The notes: a model not told the origin generated them from the sequence alone. Shown: positions 50,497 through 59,672, counted from the first letter of the stretch. The stretch: DNA of 64,000 nucleotides from an uncultured virus (IMG/VR IMGVR_UViG_3300032282_004613) (IMGVR_UViG_3300032282_004613), one strand, 5' to 3'. Made by a program: numbers and translations.

Positions 50497-52281
50497 ATGA
50501 ATAAAAATTTAATAACGGAATTAAATCACCAAAGAAAATTAATGGGTCTTTTAAACGAAGGTATAGTTAATTCGTTTGTGGAAGGTATGAAGAATGTAAT
50601 TAAAATTGGTGTAAAAGAAGGCGTTGAAATATCTGTTTTTAGAAGTGTCTATAATTCAATGGATGGCGCTGTTATTAGTAAATTAGAAAATCTAGGGATT
50701 AAAAATTTTGACGAAATGGCTCAAGATCTTAAGTTACCAAAGAAGGTTGGTGGTCAATTAAACCCAGCAAAAATAATAACAGATGCAGTCGCTGAAGAAA
50801 TTGCAAAAGGATTTGAAAGGGTGATATTCAAAGACAAAAGATTTAACAAATTGGGTGATTTGGTTGTTGAATCTTTCTTTGATATGAGAAAGGCAGATAT
50901 TCAAACTAGACAAAAGTATTATCAATTAGTTGGTTTTGCGGTAAACGGTCAGAGAGATGCAATGTTAGAAATGAAAAAACTATTAGCAAATAATATTGAC
51001 CCGTTGTTTTTAGATTTTGCAACTTCTAAATATGTTGCAAAAGTTGTTAATGATGTTGCTGATGAACCTGGTTTTTGGAAACAGTTTATAAGTGGAATTG
51101 CTTCAGGTAATGGCTTATCATCCCCGATCGCTTTATTCAAAAGGAGTTATACTACATCAGTACCATCAAAAGAAACAGACCAATTATTTACTGAATTTTT
51201 TGCTTTAACAAGATCAATTGAAGAAAAGATGGCGACAGCGGGTGGAGATTATGTTTTTGATCAAGAGATTCAAAGAATGAATGAAATTTTGTATAAGATT
51301 TCTAGAATTAGGAAAGAAAACCTTAAGAATCTTTGGGAAAAATGGAGAGGAAATGTGCCCGATTATATGAGAACGGAAATTGAAAAAACAGGTGGAGCAG
51401 AAAGCGAATTATATATAAAATATGTAAAATATTTTGAATCTCTTACAGGACGCGAAACTGGATCTAACGAAGCAGGAAAAATATTGGCGAGACCGGATTA
51501 TCTAATATCCAGATTAAACGCGTTTAAAAAAATATTTACCGCACCAGCAAAAGGTGAAAAAACAATAGGTCAAAGAATGGGCACAGTAATGCAAAGAGTA
51601 TTTAATGGCGCATTTCTAGGTGATTTTAGAACATATAAAGAAATTGGTGAGATGTATAAAATATTAGGTAGAAGTAAGGCAAGAATGGCTGGAGTTATGG
51701 TTGCTGAAAGAGCGTGGTCTTATTTCTTATATTTTCCAGTAGGATATGGGTTTATTAAAACGTGGTTGGATTTATGGGAAAAAGATGGTGGATATAAAAT
51801 GGACAAGGATGGTGTAACACCACTTAAAGATAAAAATGGTAACCTAATACCAAATAGAAATATTTGGGGTGCGGATGGAAAAAAATTCATAAGAGATAAT
51901 CAGGTAGGAATAAAAGCGTTTATGGAGGTATGGGGACAAAATGTTTGGGCTGAATACAAATTTTCTGGTGAAAGTGTGGGGAACGGTAGATTTATTTCAC
52001 CAATAGGTTCAGAATTAATAACGTGGTTTTTAACCAGACCAGATTATGGTAGTAAAGCGGCCAATATTGAAAAAGAGAAAAGTTATCTCGATAAGCGAAT
52101 AGATTCTGCAACCAAGAAATATAATGAGGATGTTGCTAAATTACAAAACCAAGTAAAAAAACTTGATAGTACAACAAGGGCAGCAGCAAATGATTTAATT
52201 CAAAAGGCGGATAGTATTAAAAGTAGCGTTACTGGTAAAACAGATAAAATAGTTAATGCAATTGATAGTGTGGAATTTTAA
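50497..52281 (+). CDS. large putative virion protein
   Basis: LITELNHQRKLMGLLNE leader. Confidence 0.7.
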   Translation: MNKNLITELNHQRKLMGLLNEGIVNSFVEGMKNVIKIGVKEGVEISVFRSVYNSMDGAVISKLENLGIKNFDEMAQDLKLPKKVGGQLNPAKIITDAVAEEIAKGFERVIFKDKRFNKLGDLVVESFFDMRKADIQTRQKYYQLVGFAVNGQRDAMLEMKKLLANNIDPLFLDFATSKYVAKVVNDVADEPGFWKQFISGIASGNGLSSPIALFKRSYTTSVPSKETDQLFTEFFALTRSIEEKMATAGGDYVFDQEIQRMNEILYKISRIRKENLKNLWEKWRGNVPDYMRTEIEKTGGAESELYIKYVKYFESLTGRETGSNEAGKILARPDYLISRLNAFKKIFTAPAKGEKTIGQRMGTVMQRVFNGAFLGDFRTYKEIGEMYKILGRSKARMAGVMVAERAWSYFLYFPVGYGFIKTWLDLWEKDGGYKMDKDGVTPLKDKNGNLIPNRNIWGADGKKFIRDNQVGIKAFMEVWGQNVWAEYKFSGESVGNGRFISPIGSELITWFLTRPDYGSKAANIEKEKSYLDKRIDSATKKYNEDVAKLQNQVKKLDSTTRAAANDLIQKADSIKSSVTGKTDKIVNAIDSVEF

Positions 52282-52299
52282 CAAAAATAGATAAATAAC

Positions 52300-53475
52300 A
52301 TGGGAACATATCAAGAAAACAATAGAAATAGTTTTTATTCTAAAATAGAAAAACAAGAGGATGTAGTAGGTAGTGGAAAATATCTATTTTCAAAAACTGG
52401 AGAACCAAAAGTTCAATTAAGTTATACTGCTTGGGTGGGTACAATATTTAAAGATTTAGAAACAACTAAAAAAACTTTAGCAAAGTTACAGGCAGCCGGT
52501 GCTAAAGAAGGTAATTGGATTGATAGGTTAATCCCAACACACAAAGCGTTTTTTAGTGACGAGAAAAATTTTATTAAAACATATGCTTGTGATTTAGAAT
52601 GGGCAAAAACATTAGAATATTGTAAAACTAGTGCTGACGGCGCTAGTCAACCACAAGGAACTTTAGATGAATATGTGGGATTTTACGCTGGTAAAGACGA
52701 TGAAGGAAAGGATCATAGACAAGAGATAAAAATAAGTGGAACTAATTTAGTTACAAGTACAAAACATAAAGTTGCTGGCGATCTTACGATAATATTAACA
52801 CCAACAGGAACTAAAGATGTTTTCAGTGTTGATATACAAAATAGTTTAATTAAAAATTCAAGCGGAACTGCGACATTTACAAGAAATAAAGATGGTAAAG
52901 TTTGTAGTATTACATCTAGTGCAAAAGTAAAGCCAGTTATAGGTAAAGAACAATCAATTGACGCGACTGCAACAAAAGAAGGTGTTAGTTGTGATGGAGC
53001 AACTCCGTTACCAGCGACACAAGATGGCGGACAACAAGGTGGTGGTCAAACACAAACACAATACGGCGGAAATTTTCCACCATGCGTAGCCAATTACGGT
53101 GGATCAAGAGCGTTTTATATTTTAACTGACAGCGCAAATAAAAAAGTATTTGGATTCTCATTAGATGAAGCCGGAGCAAATAAAATTAAAACAGATAACC
53201 CAAACAAACAATTAGACATATCTTTAGAAGATTGTAGATATATGCGTGTTACTGAGGATTTTGAAGAAATGTTTAATAGAAACTCAGAGGCCGCAAGAAA
53301 CAAATATTTGATTTTTAGAAAGGATGGTTCTTTTATCTCAAACTCAACAGTAAAAAGAGGCACATACATATGTAATGAAAGGGGAGCAGTTCAATTTACT
53401 AATAGAGAATCAGTTATTAATGAAGAAAAATTAAGGAAAAAAATTAGAGCAAAACTCTTAAAACTTATAAAATAA
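52300..53475 (+). CDS. putative virion protein with C-terminal INEEKLRKKI motif
   Basis: ORF track. Confidence 0.7.
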   Translation: MGTYQENNRNSFYSKIEKQEDVVGSGKYLFSKTGEPKVQLSYTAWVGTIFKDLETTKKTLAKLQAAGAKEGNWIDRLIPTHKAFFSDEKNFIKTYACDLEWAKTLEYCKTSADGASQPQGTLDEYVGFYAGKDDEGKDHRQEIKISGTNLVTSTKHKVAGDLTIILTPTGTKDVFSVDIQNSLIKNSSGTATFTRNKDGKVCSITSSAKVKPVIGKEQSIDATATKEGVSCDGATPLPATQDGGQQGGGQTQTQYGGNFPPCVANYGGSRAFYILTDSANKKVFGFSLDEAGANKIKTDNPNKQLDISLEDCRYMRVTEDFEEMFNRNSEAARNKYLIFRKDGSFISNSTVKRGTYICNERGAVQFTNRESVINEEKLRKKIRAKLLKLIK

Positions 53476-53490
53476 AGATATTTATTCATA

Positions 53491-53590
53491 GAGTTTAGAT
53501 GGTTTGGTCGCCGATAAACGATAATATGATAAACGAAAAGGAGGTATTCTTAATCTCGGCAAAGGGGTCCTAAAGACCTCTTTGTTCGTT
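53491..53590 (+). ncRNA. candidate small RNA with exposed AAGGAGGT
   Basis: own TATTTATT motif at 53479, 5' hairpin, terminator 53560-53584, no ORF. Confidence 0.4.
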
Positions 53591-53634
53591 AATATAGGTA
53601 ACAAACAAAAAACCCATCCGAAGATGGGTTAAAG

Positions 53635-54026
53635 TGGAGATGACGGGACTCGAACCCGTGTCTTTCCTGTTCAACAATAAATGACTACACGTTTATTACA
53701 ACATTGTTTCTCAATGTTCCGAAATATCAGGTTTGATGTATGTGAGAAACCTACCTGCAAACAACTTGGTCTCAGAGTTATTTTAAGAGGGCTCTGACCT
53801 GTGACCCTCATAACGGACTTCTGTTCCTAGGTTATATGCCCACCGACCCGAGGGTGGCACCCAACTTAGTTAGGCAGCCACTTTAGAAGTTGCAAGTAAT
53901 CCTGCAATTTCCATGTTGTTGTAAACGTTGCCGTTTGAATTTTTTCACCGTAGATTTAAGTCATAGATGAATTCTGACTACGTGCCATTTATCCCTGATA
54001 CCTGAAATCAATTCCGTGGCATCCCC
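53635..54026 (-). ncRNA. ssrA: tmRNA
   Basis: 5' GGGGATG pairs with 3' CATCTCC-A; T-arm GGTTCGAGTCC; tag ORF 53932-53870 GNVYNNMEIAGLLATSKVAA*; TATATTTG promoter at 54034-54041. Confidence 0.93.
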
Positions 54027-54097
54027 AGATGTACAAATATAGATAAAAAAAGTGAGAAATTCTCACTTTTAATAACCCCATATCGTTTTTAATTAAA

Positions 54098-54280
54098 TTA
54101 CTTACTCTTCTTTGTCGCTGGCTTTTTTGCTGCAGGTTTTGCTTTTTTAGGGGCTTTTACTTTCACCTCTTCTACCTTAGCAACTTCAACCACTTCTTGT
54201 ACTAAAACAACAGGGCTTTCTTGCGCTGGTGTGCTAGGTGCAAATAATGACTTAACTAGATCAATTAATTTCTTTAACAT
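54098..54280 (-). CDS. small protein with histone-like K/A/P tail
   Basis: KAPKKAKPAAKKPATKKSK. Confidence 0.65.
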   Translation of the reverse strand: MLKKLIDLVKSLFAPSTPAQESPVVLVQEVVEVAKVEEVKVKAPKKAKPAAKKPATKKSK

Positions 54281-54321
54281 AATTTGTAGATTTATTATAA
54301 ATATCTTTTGATTTGCAAAAA

Positions 54322-55005
54322 TCAGCGTTCAATCCTTAAGGGTAATAAATGCCCATATTTCGCCTCAAAAAAAAGTTTATTCTTCTCCCATTGTTTATTT
54401 ACCATACCCACGGATTTGTGGATCACAAGTACCTTAGTTGTCACTCCAATTTTAATCCCCCTAATATAATTTGAAACACAGAACGGAATGTCGTAAAAAT
54501 GAAACCCAGGAAATTCTTCGTCAAATGTTTCCTGTATTCTTTTCTTATGAACTGCAAAGAATAACCCATCTACTGCCACTACTTCCTTCATATTTTCACC
54601 ATAGGCGCCAGAATAGTTGTTTCTATGTACTTTACCTTGATGTTCATGTTTTACTTGACCAAACATTGATTCCCTGTCCGTCCACCACATACCATTAATT
54701 AGATTATCGGTACCGGCGATTCCAATAACACCATATTCTGGGTTTTTTTCAAATAATTTAATTAGTTTGTTAGTTACATTTGTTGTTTCAATAATGAGGT
54801 CATCATGCATAAAAACAACAATATCGTTCTTAGAATCTTTCAAACCAGTATTATAAATTTCAGGTAATGAGGATACTCCATCATTTTCGTAAATGTTAAT
54901 TTCAGTTTTAGGGTGAGAAAACATTTTCGCAACATGTTTAACATATTCATCATCAATTTTACGTGTTGATATGACAACACTTACCGGGTAATTATTCTTC
55001 GACAT
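54322..55005 (-). CDS. GT2-like glycosyltransferase (Glyco_tranf_2_5 type)
   Basis: YNTG, VFMHDD, GIAG, VDGLF, FHFYD. Confidence 0.8.
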   Translation of the reverse strand: MSKNNYPVSVVISTRKIDDEYVKHVAKMFSHPKTEINIYENDGVSSLPEIYNTGLKDSKNDIVVFMHDDLIIETTNVTNKLIKLFEKNPEYGVIGIAGTDNLINGMWWTDRESMFGQVKHEHQGKVHRNNYSGAYGENMKEVVAVDGLFFAVHKKRIQETFDEEFPGFHFYDIPFCVSNYIRGIKIGVTTKVLVIHKSVGMVNKQWEKNKLFFEAKYGHLLPLRIER

Positions 55006-55741
55006 AAGTTGCTACAATTTGTCCGTTGTATTCGTTTAGATCAACAACGATTGGTTTATTTGTTGGACTATATCCTGCGGTACAAGTTGACGCATTAACA
55101 AATAATGTATCATCTAAGTATCTTACGCCGTATCCTTCATGTATGTGTCCAAATACATTTAATGCTGGTTTAATTCGTTCTATGTGGAACCTAAGTGATT
55201 CGCAACCAACATTTCTATTAGGTTGTCTAAAATTGTTAACTAAATCTAAAATACCGTTTGGTGGACCATGTGTGATTAAAACATCGGTATCGTCAGGGAT
55301 CATACCCCATTTTTGTTCTAGTTCATCCCCTAATCTTGGTAAATTAAACGCCCAGTCGTAAAACCAGGGTTGCCATGGTGTACCATAAAATTTAATTGGT
55401 CTTGAGAATTCAGGATCTTCAATTGTCATAAAACTATCTTCCAAATAAATTACGTCAGATTGAGATAGATTTTCAGGCGCCATTAGATTATGTAACCAAT
55501 CGTAATCACCTTTATGGTGTGGCTCTTTAACTCTTTCAAAACAAAAATCATGGTTACCAGAAATGAATATTTTAGTATCGAATCCTTTTATATTTTGAAA
55601 CCAATGAATAAACTCTGTAACATCTCTCTCACCACCTTTATTTGATATGTCGCCAGCATGTATTAACACGTCACCATCAGGTATTTGATGTAACATATTG
55701 TGTTGTAAACTATGTGTATCGGATATACAAACTATTCTCAT
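54992..55741 (-). CDS. metallophosphoesterase
   Basis: SDTH, HAGD, GNHD, THGPP, FGHIHE. Confidence 0.92.
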   Translation of the reverse strand: MRIVCISDTHSLQHNMLHQIPDGDVLIHAGDISNKGGERDVTEFIHWFQNIKGFDTKIFISGNHDFCFERVKEPHHKGDYDWLHNLMAPENLSQSDVIYLEDSFMTIEDPEFSRPIKFYGTPWQPWFYDWAFNLPRLGDELEQKWGMIPDDTDVLITHGPPNGILDLVNNFRQPNRNVGCESLRFHIERIKPALNVFGHIHEGYGVRYLDDTLFVNASTCTAGYSPTNKPIVVDLNEYNGQIVATYVEE

Positions 55742-55773
55742 AGTATTAATATAAACATTTTATTTTAAAACGC

Positions 55774-55800
55774 AAAAAAAAGTCAGAATTTCTTCTGACT
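55774..55800 (-). terminator. intrinsic terminator of the large ncRNA
   Basis: AGTCAGAA-GAAA-TTCTGACT plus T-tract. Confidence 0.8.
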
Positions 55801-55812
55801 AATCTTTTTGTA

Positions 55813-56686
55813 TAGGCCGTATGGTTTTACATACATTCACCACCACTTTGTTTTTCTAAACAAAGAAAATAAAACACTGAGAATACATGTTTTAATGAAA
55901 CTCTCTAAAAGGATTATTTGATTCCCCTTATTTCCACTAACTTTTGATTAGTAAGTTTCAGCCACGGTCAATTAGATTAACCAATCCTTTCGTAACACCC
56001 TACTCTATTAGTACTCATCACTCATCAAATCTGCCGACCTGATTCAACCTTGCGGGTTTAGAGAACTTTCTTAAAAATCATATTGGGCTTGAGACCCTTT
56101 ATGGCTGTGAACCCCTCACAACTATGTAGTGACCTATCGGACATTACGCACGAACACTTTTTCAGTTTAATTTATGACTTTTGATTCCATAATTAAAAGT
56201 TTAGTTTCCGAATTATTCAGGTAGCGGTTCGTGACCAGCCAAATCACCTTTTGAGCGACTCGATACTAAACTACCCGATATGACATCCCTGTCATCATAT
56301 TTTTGGTTTCCTTCGAGATTAAACCCTTGGTAGGATTTATTCAAGGACACTAACAGCACCACCTGTTTTTTGTCATACCTTTCATCTTACGACGCTACGG
56401 TTTTAAGACCACCATTATATTGAATTACGCAATGATATAGTTGGATAACCACACTTCTTACATGAACTCTATGGATTATTCTTATTGGTGTTCCCACCTC
56501 AACCAAACAACTCGGATTGCTTGGTCATTCAACCCTTTCGCTACGGAGTTACCCTCACTACTTCAGGTTAAATGATATTCCACTTGTCTACTCGAGATCT
56601 CTTTCGAAATCCGCAACATACCCCAACCAAGGGTTTGTCACTTTATCCCACTTTCATGGTTTATTTTGTTGACCATAGACGGCCAA
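55813..56686 (-). ncRNA. large (~875 nt) structured RNA, GOLLD-like
   Basis: no ORF; own TATATTTG promoter (56726-56733) and terminator; 5' GGCCGT..ATGG pairs with 3' CCATACGGCC; many GNRA hairpins; near tRNAs. Family assignment tentative. Confidence 0.7.
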
Positions 56687-56775
56687 TATTTTTAAATCAA
56701 AGATCTGTTTTTGTTACTTGTTATGCAAATATAGAAATTTAAATCGAAATAAAAAAGTTTTTACAGAATATTTTT

Positions 56776-57588
56776 TTAAATAAGTGTTAAATTAATTTTT
56801 TGAGGCCCAATTAACACTTTTTCTGGGGAAGTAAAATCGTACCCAAAAAAAATATTTTCATTATAATGTATTTCCATAACTTTAAGTAAATCAGTTAATT
56901 CTAAGGTTATTTGATCATTAATATGGTGATTTTTTTCTAAAAAACTTTTTGCATACACATACACATGATTAAATAAAATACGTTCTTTTTCTGTAAGATC
57001 ATAAAAATCATCAAATAATAGTATAGAAGTTGCTTTATATGCTATAATTAAATTATCTGTATTATTAATAAAAACATCGGACTCCCGACTATCTAATTTT
57101 ATTTTTTTATCAATATCTTCAATATGGATAATTTTATAATGATAAAATTGTTCATCAAACTCTATTCTATGATTAAGGTTTTCAAAATCAGTAAATGAAA
57201 AATCATTTTTTAATGAAAGAATACCAAACGTTTGAGGTAAAAAATGTGCGTCAGGTAATTTTAAACAAATTTCTTTATAATTTTTTACATAATCAGAAAT
57301 ATTAGCAATTTTAAAATTTTCAAAATATTCTTCGTATCTATTGTCTGGATTTTTTTTTAACCAAGAATACCCTGACAGAAATCTATCGGTAGGGTTTCTG
57401 GTTAGAATATAAAATTTATTTCTTTTGAACTTATTGGCGTACTTCTGTAAGTTATAATAACCAATATGTTCATATTCAATGTTAGCCAAATCAAAAAAAT
57501 ATTTTAAAGTGGTTAACATTAAACGAGATCCGCTTCTGTGCGTTACAATAAAACCAATTTCTCTTTTGGGGAGATAGAATCCTCTCAC
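56776..57588 (-). CDS. sulfotransferase-family-2-like protein
   Basis: HRSGSR, RNPTDRFLSGY, HFLPQ. Confidence 0.7.
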   Translation of the reverse strand: MRGFYLPKREIGFIVTHRSGSRLMLTTLKYFFDLANIEYEHIGYYNLQKYANKFKRNKFYILTRNPTDRFLSGYSWLKKNPDNRYEEYFENFKIANISDYVKNYKEICLKLPDAHFLPQTFGILSLKNDFSFTDFENLNHRIEFDEQFYHYKIIHIEDIDKKIKLDSRESDVFINNTDNLIIAYKATSILLFDDFYDLTEKERILFNHVYVYAKSFLEKNHHINDQITLELTDLLKVMEIHYNENIFFGYDFTSPEKVLIGPQKINLTLI

Positions 57589-57591
57589 TAT

Positions 57592-57786
57592 TTATTTTTT
57601 TTTGTTCTTTTTTACCTCGTACGATCCACCCATATCATGGGTAACAACTGGTGATTCTTCTACTTTTTTAACACCTCTCCATTCTTCTTTGGGAACATAT
57701 TTCCATTGATTACCAGCCATTTGATTTGCTTGTTTATCATCAACTCTGATAATATTACCTGTTTTTACATTTTTTAAACATTTCAT
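57592..57786 (-). CDS. small hypothetical protein
   Basis: ORF track. Confidence 0.65.
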   Translation of the reverse strand: MKCLKNVKTGNIIRVDDKQANQMAGNQWKYVPKEEWRGVKKVEESPVVTHDMGGSYEVKKNKKK

Positions 57787-57853
57787 TTTATAAATTTTAA
57801 CTAATATAAAGAAAATTAATTTCTAATTGAATTGTTTCGATTTATTTTATTTG

Positions 57854-57927
57854 TGGACCAGGATGGGCTCGAACCATCGACTTTCACATTATGAGTGTGC
57901 TACTCTAACCAACTGAGTTACAAGTCC
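57854..57927 (-). tRNA. tRNA with CAT anticodon (Ile2 or Met)
   Basis: cloverleaf; loop CTCATAA; GGTTCGAGCC. Confidence 0.85.
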
Positions 57928-57930
57928 AGG

Positions 57931-58036
57931 TGCCGGAGGAAGGTTTGGTTACCTACACGGAGTCCATTTCGGATACTCCACCCACCTAGGAAGGGAACGT
58001 CTCAAGAGTGTACACCTCTCTTTCCGCCACTCCGGC
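57931..58036 (-). ncRNA. aberrant tRNA-Leu-like RNA (106 nt)
   Basis: perfect acceptor GCCGGAG/CTCCGGC-A; hairpin inserted in D-loop; long variable arm; non-canonical T-loop. Confidence 0.65.
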
Positions 58037-58043
58037 GTTTTCG

Positions 58044-58115
58044 TAGACCCACGTGGACTCGAACCACGAATATCTCATTAGAAGTGAGAAGTTATATCCC
58101 TTTAACTATGGATCC
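58044..58115 (-). tRNA. tRNA-Arg(TCT)
   Basis: TCTCA-CTTCTAA-TGAGA. Confidence 0.92.
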
Positions 58116-58123
58116 AATTACCG

Positions 58124-58210
58124 TGCTCCAGGCGGGAATCGAACCCGCACAAACATTTACGGTTTACGGGATTTTAAGTCCCGCGCGTCTACCAGTTCCG
58201 CCACCAGAGC
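58124..58210 (-). tRNA. tRNA-Leu(TAA)
   Basis: CGGGA-CTTAAAA-TCCCG; long variable arm. Confidence 0.95.
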
Positions 58211-58351
58211 AACTTACGAACGATGTCAAAGATCTAACTAATATATGAAATAAACCCAAAAAAACCAAAATTTTTTAAAAAATAGATTATATTGGAAAAT
58301 TTGTTTAATAATCAAGAAATATTCTTTATATTGCGTTATAAAATCTTAATT

Positions 58352-58873
58352 ATGAATCTAAGAGAAGCCACTGCAGAACTACACAGTAAAGCAGAAAAAA
58401 TGGAATTTAATCAAAAAATGTTCAGAGGTGAATTGAGTAAAAAAGAATACTTGAATTACCTTATTCAACAATCAGTTGTTTTTCAATGTATTGAAGAACA
58501 TAATTTACCACAATTAGATCCCGGATTGAAAAGATTAAAGAATGTATTCGAAGACATTCAAGAATTACAAAAAGAAGTGACAGATAAATTACCAGGATTA
58601 GAATCAACAAAAAAATATGGGATTTATTTGGAGTCATTAAAAGGTGAAAAACTTCTTGCACATGTATATTTAAATTACTTAGCATTAGTGTTTGGTGGCC
58701 AAATGATGAGATCTAAAGTTCCTGGTAGCGGTAAAATGTATCAATTTGAAAACGTACAAGAAGTTATTAAGAATGTGAGAGGGTTTCAAACAGATGATAT
58801 GGCTGAAGAAGTAAATAAAGGTTTTAATTTTATAATCGATATTTTAGATGAGTTACAAAAAAACGCTGGATAA
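58352..58873 (+). CDS. hemO: heme oxygenase
   Basis: LREATAELHSKAE, LAHVYLNYLALVFGGQ. Confidence 0.85.
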   Translation: MNLREATAELHSKAEKMEFNQKMFRGELSKKEYLNYLIQQSVVFQCIEEHNLPQLDPGLKRLKNVFEDIQELQKEVTDKLPGLESTKKYGIYLESLKGEKLLAHVYLNYLALVFGGQMMRSKVPGSGKMYQFENVQEVIKNVRGFQTDDMAEEVNKGFNFIIDILDELQKNAG

Positions 58874-59483
58874 TATTGCAAATCAATTACAAGATTTAAT
58901 AACTAATACTGCAAATGGTGTTGAGATTCCAACTGAAGATTATGGTTGGAAGAATAAAAGATATGTTGGTACTAAATTTCGTATAGCGCACGTTGAAAGA
59001 TACTCAGATAAAAATCTAGAGGTGTTACATTTTACGTGTTTTCCAGATTCATCATACCAACATCCAATTTTTGGTTTTGATATTATTACTACTGATAAGA
59101 AACCACTTGCAGCATTTTTAGATTGGTCTCCGGTTGATAATACTTTAAGTTACATATGTGTTGAAGAATTCCAAAAACCATATCCATTACCTGACTGGGC
59201 TAAAATTATTTTTTCAACAACGCCAATTGCAATTATTCCAGATGATTCTGAAATGGAAAAATTGGGTGAAGTTGTAATTGAAAGTTTTGAAGATTATTTA
59301 AGTACTTTAAATAATTCAACGCCAGCAAAAAAAAGATCGGAATATATTATTGCGGCACAAAATAGGTATTGTGAACAACAACAAAAAAATGAAAGGACGT
59401 ATAATGTATTAAAAGCAAAACTTGGTGAAGAAAAAGCCAAGTTCTTTATGTCAGAAATTTTATTTCCAAAAATTATAAATTAG
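58848..59483 (+). CDS. ferredoxin-dependent bilin reductase (PcyA/PcyX-like)
   Basis: FRIAHVE, VLHFTCFP, PIFGFDII, DWSP, LPDWA.IFS, QNRYC.QQ.KN; adjacent to heme oxygenase. Confidence 0.85.
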   Translation: MSYKKTLDNIANQLQDLITNTANGVEIPTEDYGWKNKRYVGTKFRIAHVERYSDKNLEVLHFTCFPDSSYQHPIFGFDIITTDKKPLAAFLDWSPVDNTLSYICVEEFQKPYPLPDWAKIIFSTTPIAIIPDDSEMEKLGEVVIESFEDYLSTLNNSTPAKKRSEYIIAAQNRYCEQQQKNERTYNVLKAKLGEEKAKFFMSEILFPKIIN

Positions 59484-59656
59484 AAACCTCTGTGCTTGTA
59501 AATAGGACTAGGTGCTCGATAAAAAATATCTGGCTGATATTTTCCTATCGTTGCTTTTCTTTTAAAATGATTATGGTATCTGTGATGATGTGGTTTAATT
59601 ATTATGCAACCACTTAGCGTAGCAATAATCAGTACAAAAAATATTATCTTTTTCAT
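59480..59656 (-). CDS. small His-rich lipoprotein (58 aa, not in ORF track)
   Basis: MKKIIFFVLIIATLSGC lipobox; TATTTATT upstream. Confidence 0.6.
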   Translation of the reverse strand: MKKIIFFVLIIATLSGCIIIKPHHHRYHNHFKRKATIGKYQPDIFYRAPSPIYKHRGF

Positions 59657-59672
59657 ACTAATAAATATCCTG

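Noticed and set aside
55813..56686. RNase P RNA, rRNA fragment or self-splicing intron
   Set aside because: No GAGGAAAGTCC signature or recognisable rRNA motifs. It interrupts no gene and has its own promoter and terminator. Needs cmscan to exclude formally.
57895..58248. ORFs 57895-58248 and 58053-58241
   Set aside because: They are antisense to tRNA genes.
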